A stretch of DNA of 38,034 nt from Thermoproteaceae archaeon (GTDB lineage Archaea > Thermoproteota > Thermoprotei > Thermoproteales > Thermoproteaceae): assembly GCA_020833025.1 (NCBI GenBank), contig JAJHRB010000005.1:1-38034 (forward strand), written 5' to 3'. The notes below the pieces were generated by a model. It did not search any database and was not told where the DNA came from. It saw nothing but the letters and a program-made list of their open reading frames with translations. This document shows positions 27,909 to 37,038 of this stretch, piece after piece. The translations under genes were made by a program, and so were the position numbers. How positions within the stretch are numbered: position 1 is the first letter of the stretch; each line of letters opens with the position of its first letter.

Positions 27909-28682
27909 TTAAGAGCGTAACCCGGCCTCCCTCGACCCTGTGATTTTGTATGGCGCCATTGTAATTGTGGGCTCGAAGAATATAGCGAATGGGTGTACCA
28001 TCTTGCCGAACGGCACGTAGAGCATGAGAATCTCGGCAAGCAGCACGTGCACCTTAACCATTACGTGCGCCTCGGAGATGTACCTGGCTGCCTCCATTAT
28101 ATTGCCGCTGAGGAGGTTTACAAGCCACGGCGTCACAGTGTGAACGTAGTCCGGGTGTATCACCGTTGTGTTTATCGTGCCTATTATGACAATTATTGTA
28201 ATCAGCGTGAGTGCGAACCAGTCATCGAGGTACGAAATAGCCCTAACATCTCTCCTGCCGAGCCTCCTCGCCCAGAGAATTGCAAGCCCCGCGAGTATTA
28301 TGAGGCTGAACGCCGCGCCCATGTAAACGGCCAGCTCCTTGCGCAGCTCGTACGGCACGCCCATGGCCTCCAGCTGCTCCGGCGTGATGAATAGAGCTGT
28401 GTGCCCTAGAAACAGCGTCAGGAAGATTCCCCAGTGGAACAGGAACGCGCCCCAGAAGAGCGACCTGCTGGCATACATGAGCGTGTAGAAGGTAATAATG
28501 CGCCTCACGACCTCGACGGCTCTGCTGGCAATTCCCCAGTGGTATGAAATAACGGAGACGGAGGCCAGGCTGGTCAGGCCGCCGGGGGACACCCACGTTA
28601 TTATCCTGTATACAATGCCCACCACCATTACCGCGAGCGCGATGAGCCCGAGCGCACAAAATAGCGCGAGATCCAGCAGCAT
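27909..28682 (-). CDS. dsrM: DsrM/NarI-like diheme cytochrome b membrane anchor (copy 1)
   Basis: About five TM helices. Four His at FHWG, GHTA, VHVL and MVHP, plus DDWFAL and YVPFGKMVH. Confidence 0.82.
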   Translation of the reverse strand: MLLDLALFCALGLIALAVMVVGIVYRIITWVSPGGLTSLASVSVISYHWGIASRAVEVVRRIITFYTLMYASRSLFWGAFLFHWGIFLTLFLGHTALFITPEQLEAMGVPYELRKELAVYMGAAFSLIILAGLAILWARRLGRRDVRAISYLDDWFALTLITIIVIIGTINTTVIHPDYVHTVTPWLVNLLSGNIMEAARYISEAHVMVKVHVLLAEILMLYVPFGKMVHPFAIFFEPTITMAPYKITGSREAGLRS

Positions 28683-28789
28683 AAGAACGTGTTTCCCTGA
28701 CGGCTTGATATATATTATTATGCTGAGTGTAGTAATTTGCGGGCTGCCAGCTGAGAGGGAAAAACTAAAACTCCTGAGCCGCGCGCGGC

Positions 28790-30130
28790 ATGCTGCGGGA
28801 AGTTGACGTGTTAATTATTGGCGGGGGCCCCGCGGGAGTTGAAACATACCGCGCGCTCGCCGCGCTCCGCAGGAACAAGAGCCTGAAAATTGAGCTCGTG
28901 CGCAGGGAGGAGAAATCGATAGTCCCGTGCGGCATACCGTACACCGGCGTGTCAGTCCCGCTGGATCGTAACGTGATTCCCGACGCGAGGCTCGGGATCA
29001 GGGCTGCAATCGATGTCGTGACGGAGGTGGATCCAGATAGAGGAGTTGCGCGGACGGCGGGGGGCACGACCTACAAGTACAGGCACTTAGTGCTCGCCAC
29101 GGGCTCCGTCAGCACGGAGCCGAGATTTGAGGGGAGCGACAGGGCAGGAATTTTCAAAGTTGTCAAGGATCTCGAGTACTTGAGGCGAATGTGGAATTAC
29201 ATTAGGCAGGCCCGCCGCGTGGCTGTTGTGGGCGGCGGGCCTGTGGGCATTGAATTTGCCGACGAGCTCAGGAGAATGGAGAGGGAGGTCGTGCTGATCG
29301 AGCTGATGCCGCGCCTGCTCCCGACGGCCTTCGACCCCGAATTTGGGGAGCTCGCAAGGGCGCAGCTCGTCGAGCTCGACGTGGACGTGCGTCTCGGCAC
29401 GGCTGTCGTCAGGGCCCTCGGCGAGGGCAGAGTGGAGGCAGTGGAGCTGGGCGACGGGCAGAGGATTCCCGTAGACGCCGTTCTATGGGCAGCCGGCATG
29501 AGACCAGACACCGCGCTGGCAGCCGCCGCCGGCATTAAGCTTGGCCCGACGGGCGCGATTGCCGTTGACAGGCGGATGGAGACGTCGCATTCCGGCGTGT
29601 ACGCCGTGGGAGACTGCGCCGAGAAGGCTCATTTCATAACGGGGAGGCCCGTGTGGTTCGGCTCGTCGTCTCTCGCGGCGCACGAGGCCAGAATTGCCGC
29701 CGGCAGTATACTTGGGCTGGAGTGGGAGGGCGGGGGCGCGCTCTGCGCGCTGATAACGGTTGTCGGCGATATTGCACTCGGCCGCGTCGGCGTGACGGAG
29801 GAGGAGGCCAGACAGGCCGGCATTAAGGTTGCTGTCGGCAAGGCGTCTGCGGTCGACAAGCACCCGCCGGAGCTCCCCGGCGCGAGAAATATCCTCGCGA
29901 AGCTGATATTTAATGCAAGCGACGGGGGGCTCATCGGCGCGGAGGTCGCCGCTGGGAAGCACGGCGGCGAGATTATCAACATTCTCGCCGCGCTCGTCCG
30001 CAGGAGGGCCACGGCGAGGGAGGTGTACCTCGGGCAGTTCGCAACTCAGCCGTGGGTCACCGCCAGCCCGATAGCGTATCCCATCATCAGGGCAGCGGAG
30101 AACGCCATTGTGACACACGGGCTCCGCTAG
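28790..30130 (+). CDS. FAD-dependent pyridine nucleotide-disulfide oxidoreductase (Nox/CoADR-like, single Cys)
   Basis: IIGGGPAG, IVPCGIPY, LVLATGS, VVGGGPVGIEFA, YAVGDCAE, and a dimerisation domain ending TQPWVTASP. Confidence 0.88.
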   Translation: MLREVDVLIIGGGPAGVETYRALAALRRNKSLKIELVRREEKSIVPCGIPYTGVSVPLDRNVIPDARLGIRAAIDVVTEVDPDRGVARTAGGTTYKYRHLVLATGSVSTEPRFEGSDRAGIFKVVKDLEYLRRMWNYIRQARRVAVVGGGPVGIEFADELRRMEREVVLIELMPRLLPTAFDPEFGELARAQLVELDVDVRLGTAVVRALGEGRVEAVELGDGQRIPVDAVLWAAGMRPDTALAAAAGIKLGPTGAIAVDRRMETSHSGVYAVGDCAEKAHFITGRPVWFGSSSLAAHEARIAAGSILGLEWEGGGALCALITVVGDIALGRVGVTEEEARQAGIKVAVGKASAVDKHPPELPGARNILAKLIFNASDGGLIGAEVAAGKHGGEIINILAALVRRRATAREVYLGQFATQPWVTASPIAYPIIRAAENAIVTHGLR

Positions 30131-30191
30131 GCGGCATTCCTCGCAACTAAGAAACAGCTTTTTTAAAATGTGCCCCCAGGACGTCGTGTCC

Positions 30192-31079
30192 ATGTGTCCC
30201 CTGGCCGTTTTCATGTACGTGGCAGTGGCGCTTTTCATTGCAGGCATTGCCAGAATGGCGCGCAGGTATGCCACGATGCCCATGCACTTAAGGTGGGAGC
30301 TGTACCCCGTGCCGCACGAGGTTGGCCACGAGCACGGCGGCTCGTATCTTGAATACGTCGAGTGGTGGAATAGGAAATTCCCCAAAAACAGACTGGCGGA
30401 GATCTCGGAGCTTCTCAAGGAGCTGCTATTTATAGTCAGGCTGTACAGGGGCAGGCGCACTGTCTGGTGCTTCAGCTTTCCATTTCACGGCGGGGTCTAC
30501 CTGCTGCTGCTCTGGGGCGCGTCGCTGGTACTGCTTGCTGTCTCCGGCGCCCTCATCCCGGCAGATCTACACTCCGCGGTGAGCGCCGCGTCGCTGGCGC
30601 TCGGATACCTGGGCGCCGCCGCCGCAACGTTCGGCATAGCCGGCCTGACCGCGTTGAGGCTGACGAGAACAATGAGAATGTACACAACGCCCCTCGAGTA
30701 CTTCAACAACACTTTCATACTCGTAGTTCTCGTGTCCGGCTTTCTCGCGGCGTCGCAGGACCCGTCGTTCTCAACGGCTGTCGCCTTCGTGAGGCACATG
30801 CTCGGAGGCCCCGCCCCCGAGCTGCCGCCCCTGGTGGCGGCGCACGTGATACTGCTCGGGCTGCTGGTAATATACATCCCGTATACGAAAATCGCTCACT
30901 TCATAGGCAAGTACTTCACGTACCACAAGGTGCTGTGGGACTCAGAGCCTCTGAGAATTGGAGGTGCCGTGAACGAGCACTTAAATAGGAAAATATTAGA
31001 AGCGCTGAGCCGCCACGAGATCACGTGGAGCGCGCCGCACATACCCCGCGGCAGGAAGTGGGCGGAGGTGGGGGCATGA
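30192..31079 (+). CDS. dsrM: DsrM/NarI-like membrane subunit (copy 2; one heme His apparently missing)
   Basis: MHLRWELYPVPHE, FHGGVY, AHVILL, YIPYTKIAHF. ATG 30192 is preferred because the TATA-like TTTTTTAAA abuts ATG 30168. Confidence 0.8.
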   Translation: MCPLAVFMYVAVALFIAGIARMARRYATMPMHLRWELYPVPHEVGHEHGGSYLEYVEWWNRKFPKNRLAEISELLKELLFIVRLYRGRRTVWCFSFPFHGGVYLLLLWGASLVLLAVSGALIPADLHSAVSAASLALGYLGAAAATFGIAGLTALRLTRTMRMYTTPLEYFNNTFILVVLVSGFLAASQDPSFSTAVAFVRHMLGGPAPELPPLVAAHVILLGLLVIYIPYTKIAHFIGKYFTYHKVLWDSEPLRIGGAVNEHLNRKILEALSRHEITWSAPHIPRGRKWAEVGA

Positions 31080-32683
31080 GCGCCGAGAGCGTGATTAGGC
31101 TGCTCAGCCGCGAGGACGTCAAGCAGGTCGTTAAGCTTGACGTGTCAAAGCTGCTCCCGCTCGACCCGCTGCCAGACGAGCCTCCGATTGAGGAGCCGCC
31201 GGCTAAGCTCGCCGAGCTTTATGACTTCAGCCTCGACGGCCACGTCGCGGTGGGAATACCCAGGCCCAAGACAGAGGAGGAGAAGAGGAAGCTTGTCCAG
31301 GGGTTCCTCGAGGGCCTCAGGAAGCTGATAACGAGAGGCGACAACTGGACGTTCCTCCAGCCGCTGCTGCTAACGCTCGAGTTCTGCGCCAAGTGCCAGG
31401 CGTGCGCCGAGGCCTGCCCCATTTACCTGGCCAGCGGCAGGCAGGAGGTCTACAAGCCGATAGTGCGGGCCGAGGTCCTCAGGAGGATTTACAAGAGGTA
31501 CTTCACGAGGCCGGGGAGGCTCTTCGGCAAGTTTGCCTCGGGCGACGTAGAGGTGAACTGGACGCTCGTCTACAGGCTGATCGAGCTGGCCTACAGGTGC
31601 ACGCTGTGCAGGAGGTGCGCGCAGGCGTGCCCCATGAGCGTGGACAACGGCCTCATAAGCAGGGAGATCAGGAAAATTGCGAGCCAGGAGCTAGGCTACG
31701 CCCCCAAGGAGGTTCACGAGAAGGGCACCGTCCAGCACCTCAAGGTCGGCTCGTCAACCGGCATGACGCCCAAGGGCTTGCTAAAGACCGTGAAGTTCCT
31801 CGAGGAGTACATCCGCGAGAAGACGGGCAAGAGCATAAAGATTCCGGTGGACGAGAAGGGCGCCGACATACTACTGGTGCACAACGCCGGCGAGTTCCTC
31901 TCGTGGCCCGAGAACCCCGCGGCGTTTGCCATAATATTCGAGGAGGCCGGTATGAGCTGGACAATGTCGAGCGAGCCCTTAGGCTATGACATCGTCAACT
32001 ACGGGGCGTGGTATGACGACGTGCAGCTGGCTAAGATAGTGCTGAGGCAGGTAGAGGTCGCGAGGAAGCTCGAGGTGAAGAAGATCGTCATAGGCGAGTG
32101 CGGCCACGCAACAAAGGCTCTGATCGTCGTGGCCGACAGAGTACTGCCGAAGGAGCTCAACATCCCGAGAGAGTCTGCGCTGCCGCTGCTGGCGGAGATC
32201 GTCGAGAGAAAGAAGCTCAACCTTGATCCAACGCGCAACAACTTCCCCGTGACCCTTCACGACCCGTGCAACGTGGTAAGGCTCTCCGGCATAGTCGAGC
32301 CGCAGCGCAGGGTCCTCAGGGCAATAGCTCCGCAGTTCAGGGAGATGGAGCCGCACGGCGTGTATAACTACTGCTGCGGCGGCGGCAGTGGCTTTGCCAT
32401 AATGCACTCGTACAACTTCGACCAGTGGAGGAACAAGGTGTCGGCCAGAATGAAGGTGAGGCAGATACTCAACGCCTTCCGCGACGTGCTCGACCCGTCG
32501 CGCTACCCCTTCAAGTACGTCTGCGCCCCGTGCAGCAACTGCAAGGGCGCGATCAGGGACGCCATAAGGCACTACGGCCTCTGGGAGCGCTACAGGATAA
32601 ACTACGGCGGGCTCGTCGAGCTCATGGTAAACGCGATGGCAGACCTGCCGAAGCCCTACATCGACTACAGCGAGTTCCACTAG
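31076..32683 (+). CDS. dsrK: DsrK/HdrD-like Fe-S subunit (copy 1)
   Basis: CAKCQACAEACP, CTLCRRCAQACP, GECGHA, HDPCN, CCGGGSG, CAPCSNCK. Its ATG overlaps the dsrM-2 stop (ATGA). Confidence 0.9.
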   Translation: MSAESVIRLLSREDVKQVVKLDVSKLLPLDPLPDEPPIEEPPAKLAELYDFSLDGHVAVGIPRPKTEEEKRKLVQGFLEGLRKLITRGDNWTFLQPLLLTLEFCAKCQACAEACPIYLASGRQEVYKPIVRAEVLRRIYKRYFTRPGRLFGKFASGDVEVNWTLVYRLIELAYRCTLCRRCAQACPMSVDNGLISREIRKIASQELGYAPKEVHEKGTVQHLKVGSSTGMTPKGLLKTVKFLEEYIREKTGKSIKIPVDEKGADILLVHNAGEFLSWPENPAAFAIIFEEAGMSWTMSSEPLGYDIVNYGAWYDDVQLAKIVLRQVEVARKLEVKKIVIGECGHATKALIVVADRVLPKELNIPRESALPLLAEIVERKKLNLDPTRNNFPVTLHDPCNVVRLSGIVEPQRRVLRAIAPQFREMEPHGVYNYCCGGGSGFAIMHSYNFDQWRNKVSARMKVRQILNAFRDVLDPSRYPFKYVCAPCSNCKGAIRDAIRHYGLWERYRINYGGLVELMVNAMADLPKPYIDYSEFH

Positions 32684-32714
32684 GCGCCCCCGCAAACCCT
32701 GCTCCCTTTTTCCT

Positions 32715-33698
32715 GTGATAGTTCAGGTCGAGATCTCCAGCGCGTGCAACGCGCGCTGCGCGTACTGCCCCGCGGCCGTGCTGCGCGGCGAGTGGGTGCC
32801 CCAGCTGATGAGCGAGCACCTCTTCAGCGTGCTGGTGCGGGAGCTACATGGCCTGCAGCCTGAGTACGTGCACCTCCAGGGGTGGGGCGAGCCACTGCTC
32901 CATCCGGAGTTCGACTCCTTTGCCGAGATGGCACTGGAGGTGTCCAGGGCCGGCGTGACCACCAATGCAACGCTTATCGACAGGCACCTCGACGCGGTCT
33001 CGGGGCTGGACCTAGTCGCCGTGACTTTCGCCGGCGCGAGGCCGGGGACTCACAATTTCTACAGGCCGGGCTGCGACTTCGACAGAGTTGTGAGCAATGT
33101 TAGACTGCTGGCAAGGAGGAGGCGCGGCAGGATGGTGGCAGTTTACATGCTCCTCGGCGACAACTACAGGGAGCTCCCGGAGTTTGTCAGCCTGGCAGCC
33201 GAGCTCGGCTTCGACGAGGTGAAGGCAAGCAACGTGAACTACCTGCCGACAGCCGAGGTCGCCGCGATGAGGGCGTTCTCCGACCTATTTGAGCCCCCGA
33301 GGCGCGACGTCGAGAGGGCGCTGGAGGAGGCCGCGGGGAGAGCGGAGAGGCTGGGGCTCTCGTTCAGGTCTGATCTCGTCGTGCCGAGCGAGCTCGCCGA
33401 GTGCCCCGAGCGGCCGACGAATGCCATATTTATCGGCGTGCGGGGCGAGGTCTCGCCGTGCGTTTACCTGAACCTCCCGACGCGCAGCGGCACCATAAGG
33501 CGCGTCTTTAACGGGAGGGAGGTGACAGTCGAGAAGGTCGTCCTCGGCAAGGTTGGCGAGAGGCCGCTGAGGGAGGTGCTCAAGAGGGCGAGAGAGTTCG
33601 CGCGGAGGTTCGAATATAGGAGATACAACCTGGATGTCGGGAACCCGGCGGAGCCCCCTCGCGCATGCCTGACGTGCTACAGGCTCTACGGGGTGTGA
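32715..33698 (+). CDS. Radical SAM protein with a C-terminal SPASM/Twitch-like domain
   Basis: CNARCAYC, HLQGWGEPLLHP, TTNAT; auxiliary Cys in ECPE, SPCVY and CLTCY. Confidence 0.9.
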   Translation: MIVQVEISSACNARCAYCPAAVLRGEWVPQLMSEHLFSVLVRELHGLQPEYVHLQGWGEPLLHPEFDSFAEMALEVSRAGVTTNATLIDRHLDAVSGLDLVAVTFAGARPGTHNFYRPGCDFDRVVSNVRLLARRRRGRMVAVYMLLGDNYRELPEFVSLAAELGFDEVKASNVNYLPTAEVAAMRAFSDLFEPPRRDVERALEEAAGRAERLGLSFRSDLVVPSELAECPERPTNAIFIGVRGEVSPCVYLNLPTRSGTIRRVFNGREVTVEKVVLGKVGERPLREVLKRAREFARRFEYRRYNLDVGNPAEPPRACLTCYRLYGV

Positions 33699-33717
33699 TT
33701 ATCTTTACCTTCTTTCA
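33699..33717 (+). terminator. Pyrimidine/T-rich tract after the radical SAM gene (convergent intergenic region)
   Basis: TTATCTTTACCTTCTTTCA directly follows the stop codon, consistent with archaeal U-rich termination. Confidence 0.4.
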
Positions 33718-33790
33718 ACCCCTCCTGAGGTTTCGTCACGCTTAAAACGGCCGGGACTTCGGGAGGCCTTATGGCGCGCAAGAACCGGCT

Positions 33791-35233
33791 TTACTTCCTC
33801 TTGGGGACTATCGCCCTGTAAACTAGGTCCATCAGCCCCCCGAATGTTATGTTCTTGCCGTACATCTTGTTGAGGTCCATCATTATGCTGTTTAGCGTGC
33901 CCTTGCACATTGAGCAGGGCCTGACGACGTGCTCCGCGCCCACCTTCAGAGCGCACTCGTACCACAGCCTGGCGTACTGCAGCCTGAGCGGCTTCATTTC
34001 GTCTGCCAGCATTCCCGCCTGCCCGCCGCAGCACCAGTTCAGCTGGCGGTTCTGCGGGCACTCGGCCCACCTCTTGACGACGTGGTTCATGATGAACCTG
34101 GGCTCCTCGTAGAGGTCCCCGCCCCTGCTGTACTGGCACGGGTCCTGGTACATGTAAACCTTGTCGGGGTTCTGCGAGGGGTCCAGCGCTATTGCGTTCT
34201 CCTTTATCGCCTTGACGACCAGGTGGTGTATGTGGTATGTCCTTATGCCGCGCCTCTCAAGCTCCGGCGCGACGACGTTCTTCCACGCCCTCCACCCGTG
34301 GCCGCACTCGCCGAATATTCCAACCTTGACGCCCAGCATCTCTGCCGCCTCGATGTACCTCTGCGCGCAGTGCCTCAGGATCCTCTCGTGGCTCCAGACC
34401 CCGAAGTTCGCGACCTCAGTGTTGTACGTGTTTACGGCGAACTTGACGCCGTACTCGTGCAGGAACATGATGTAGCCCTTCAGAGTCTCGGTGTTCAGGA
34501 ATAAGTCCGCCGAGGAGGGCCAGAGAATGGCCTCCGGCCAGTCGGGGTCTCCCGGCGAGAGCTCGCGGACTGGCTTGCTCCCCTTGAATAATATCATTTT
34601 CTTCTTGTCGTGCCTGTAAATGCAGAACTCCGGCGACACGCCCTTCTCGCTCTCTATTTCCTTCACGAAGTACGTTATGATGTTCTCGACGGCTGCCGGC
34701 GTTATCCTCATCAGGTTGCCCGTCTCGATGAACCCGTCGATGGACATGAGGGCCCACCTGCTCGCCAGCCCTGCCTCCAGCAGCACCCCGCGGACCGCCC
34801 TCGTGATGTCCGCCTGGTCCACGCCGAAGGGACAGACGTAGCCGCAGCGCCTGCACGTCAGGCACTGCCAGTAGTAGGTGTAGAGCAGGTCGAGCGCCCT
34901 CTCGTCCGCCCGCTTCCTGCGCTTGATCACGTCACGCAGCAGCTCGGCGCGCCCGACTGGGGAGTTCCTCACGTCCCGCGTCGCCAGATATGTCGGGCAC
35001 GCATCGATGCACGCGCCGCAGTGGACGCACGTGTCGACGGCAATTCTTATGTTTCTGTTGCGCGCGTATTCCTCCCTGAGCCTCCTCTCGACGTACCCGT
35101 ACCTGTCAGCCGGTATGCCGCCCAAGCCCGCTGCTTTGTGTACCTTCAGCAGCAGGCTCTCGGGCGCCTTAATCGGCTTGATGTTTGACGTGTCGCCCGG
35201 CCTGAATTCGGGAACGGCGTGGCCGTGCGCCAT
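33791..35233 (-). CDS. dsrK: DsrK/HdrD-like Fe-S subunit (copy 2)
   Basis: CVHCGACIDACP, CLTCRRCGYVCP, GECGHGWR, QDPCQ, CCGGQAG, PCSMCK. Confidence 0.85.
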   Translation of the reverse strand: MAHGHAVPEFRPGDTSNIKPIKAPESLLLKVHKAAGLGGIPADRYGYVERRLREEYARNRNIRIAVDTCVHCGACIDACPTYLATRDVRNSPVGRAELLRDVIKRRKRADERALDLLYTYYWQCLTCRRCGYVCPFGVDQADITRAVRGVLLEAGLASRWALMSIDGFIETGNLMRITPAAVENIITYFVKEIESEKGVSPEFCIYRHDKKKMILFKGSKPVRELSPGDPDWPEAILWPSSADLFLNTETLKGYIMFLHEYGVKFAVNTYNTEVANFGVWSHERILRHCAQRYIEAAEMLGVKVGIFGECGHGWRAWKNVVAPELERRGIRTYHIHHLVVKAIKENAIALDPSQNPDKVYMYQDPCQYSRGGDLYEEPRFIMNHVVKRWAECPQNRQLNWCCGGQAGMLADEMKPLRLQYARLWYECALKVGAEHVVRPCSMCKGTLNSIMMDLNKMYGKNITFGGLMDLVYRAIVPKRK

Positions 35234-35317
35234 CGTCAGCTTTGTATTCGTGCTTTTAAACGCTGTTCCACGCAGGCGAGGAAGAACGTTTATTAGAGAC
35301 GCTCGGGAGGGCGGAAC
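35234..35317. promoter_or_regulatory. Divergent dsrK-2/yeiH promoter region
   Basis: Minus-strand TTTAAAAG ~20 nt before ATG 35233; plus-strand TTTATTA ~23 nt before GTG 35318. Confidence 0.55.
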
Positions 35318-36832
35318 GTGTCTCAGCAGAAGATCGACTGGTCCTCGATGTACAAGAAGGAGGACTGGTGGGCTCTGTGGATAGGCCTCCTAGTATTTTT
35401 CCTGTGCCTTGGCGTGGTCGGCGGTGCTGACTTAATGGGCTGGGTTAACCTCGTGGCGGGGAACTGGCTTGATCCCGCCAAGTCTGTCACTGTTACCACA
35501 AAGCAGTACTCGTGGCTGCACCCAGCAGCGTCCGTCATCTTGACGTATCTGTTCATCCTCGCGATATTCACAATAGGAGCGGCGGCGATGGGGCTCAACG
35601 TAAAGAAATACATCGCGGGCTTCACGTTCATCTACTGGGTCACGTTTCTCTGCTGGTGGGTGGGCTCTTGGGCCTACGTTGCCGCCACGCCGCCTGATTG
35701 GCCCAAGCTGAAGATCCCCTGGGCGCTCTCGCTGACGCCCGAGGCGGGCTTCATCTTCGCGCTGATACTGGGTCTCCTCATCGGCAATTTCGCCAGGGGG
35801 TTCACAGAGAGGATAAAGGAGGCGGCGCGCCCCGAGTGGTACATAAAGACGGCAATAGTCCTACTGGGCACGCTGATTGGCGTCAAGGCAATAATGATAG
35901 ACCCCAGAATTCTGGCGAATTATCTCTTCAGAGGCCTGTGCGCGATCGTCGAGGCGTACTTAATCTACTGGGCGCTGGTTTACGTCTTCGCGAGGAGGCT
36001 CTTCAAGTTCACGAGAGAGTGGGCGGCGCCTCTGGCGTCCGGCATCTCCGTCTGCGGCGTCTCCGCCGCCATAGCCACCGCGGCCGCAATAAAGGCGCAC
36101 CCGAGAATACCCATCATGGTCTCGTCCCTCGTCATAGTGTTCGCGGTGGTCGAGCTGTTAATACTGCCGTGGTTTGCCACGTGGGTGATGGGAGAGCAGC
36201 CGCTCGTGGCGGGCGCGTGGATGGGCCTGGCGGTCAAGACTGACGGCGCTGCCGCAGCCTCTGCGGCTATGACCGAGACTCTGATCTTCGCGAAGCACCC
36301 GGAGTGGGCGCCGTACCTCAAGGGCTGGATTCTGAACGCGGGCGTCGTTACAAAAATATTCATCGATATCTTCATAGGCGTCTGGGCATTCTTACTGGCA
36401 GTGATCTGGGTCACCAGCATCGAGAGAAGGCCCGGCGAGAGGGTGAGGAAGCTGGAGATCTGGTTCAGGTTCCCGAAGTTCGTGCTGGGGTACTTTGCCA
36501 CGTTCCTCATAGCAATGGCCGTCGGCTCCTGGCTCGTCTCGCAGTTTCAGGCGGCAGGCCTGTCGGCCGTTGACGCCGTTAAGAAGGCAAGTGCAGTGAT
36601 GGACGGCGGCCTGGCCAAGGAGACCGACGGGTTCCTGAGGAAGTTCTTCTTCGCGCTGACGTTCTTCTCGATCGGGCTGGTTTCGGACTTCAGAGTCCTG
36701 AGGCAGGAGGGCTACGGCAAGATGGCGCTCGTCTACTTCCTGGCGCTCTTCGGCTTCATCATATGGATAGGCCTGTTCATAAGCTGGCTGTTCTTCCACG
36801 AGGTGCACTGGCTGTTCATCGAGAGGACATGA
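35318..36832 (+). CDS. YeiH/UPF0324 putative sulfate(-ite) exporter family membrane protein
   Basis: Polytopic protein with KEDWWA, RPEWYIKTAIVLLG, ASGISVCGVSAAIA, GAWMG, RFPKFVLGY and FFSIGL. Confidence 0.88.
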   Translation: MSQQKIDWSSMYKKEDWWALWIGLLVFFLCLGVVGGADLMGWVNLVAGNWLDPAKSVTVTTKQYSWLHPAASVILTYLFILAIFTIGAAAMGLNVKKYIAGFTFIYWVTFLCWWVGSWAYVAATPPDWPKLKIPWALSLTPEAGFIFALILGLLIGNFARGFTERIKEAARPEWYIKTAIVLLGTLIGVKAIMIDPRILANYLFRGLCAIVEAYLIYWALVYVFARRLFKFTREWAAPLASGISVCGVSAAIATAAAIKAHPRIPIMVSSLVIVFAVVELLILPWFATWVMGEQPLVAGAWMGLAVKTDGAAAASAAMTETLIFAKHPEWAPYLKGWILNAGVVTKIFIDIFIGVWAFLLAVIWVTSIERRPGERVRKLEIWFRFPKFVLGYFATFLIAMAVGSWLVSQFQAAGLSAVDAVKKASAVMDGGLAKETDGFLRKFFFALTFFSIGLVSDFRVLRQEGYGKMALVYFLALFGFIIWIGLFISWLFFHEVHWLFIERT

Positions 36833-37029
36833 GCGGCGAGCACCAGCCCTGGCTCCCGGCAGAGACGAAGCTCATTGCAGTCTCGCTGATACTCGCGGTG
36901 GTGCTGCTAGGGCTGCTCTGGTGGATCGCGACACTGCTCATGCCGGCCGTGCCGTCAATTGTCGCGGCGCGGGACGGGCAGTACGCGAGAGCCCTGCCGC
37001 GTCTGCTTAGGAGGGAAGGCGGGAGATAG
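36829..37029 (+). CDS. Small single-pass membrane protein coupled to yeiH
   Basis: The ATG overlaps the yeiH stop (ATGA). MSGEHQPWLPAETKLIAVSLILAVVLLGLLWWIATLL forms one hydrophobic helix. Confidence 0.65.
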   Translation: MSGEHQPWLPAETKLIAVSLILAVVLLGLLWWIATLLMPAVPSIVAARDGQYARALPRLLRREGGR

Positions 37030-37038
37030 CCAAAGGGC

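Noticed and set aside
27909-31079. Respiratory nitrate reductase (NarI) assignment for the two cytochrome b genes
   Set aside because: There is no narG/H/J in the window. The adjacent partners are DsrK-like CCG proteins and dsrAB.
33773-33821. Tiny plus-strand ORF MARKNRLYFLLGTIAL after a TTAAAA box
   Set aside because: It is antisense to the dsrK-2 3' end, only 16 aa long, and has no supporting evidence.
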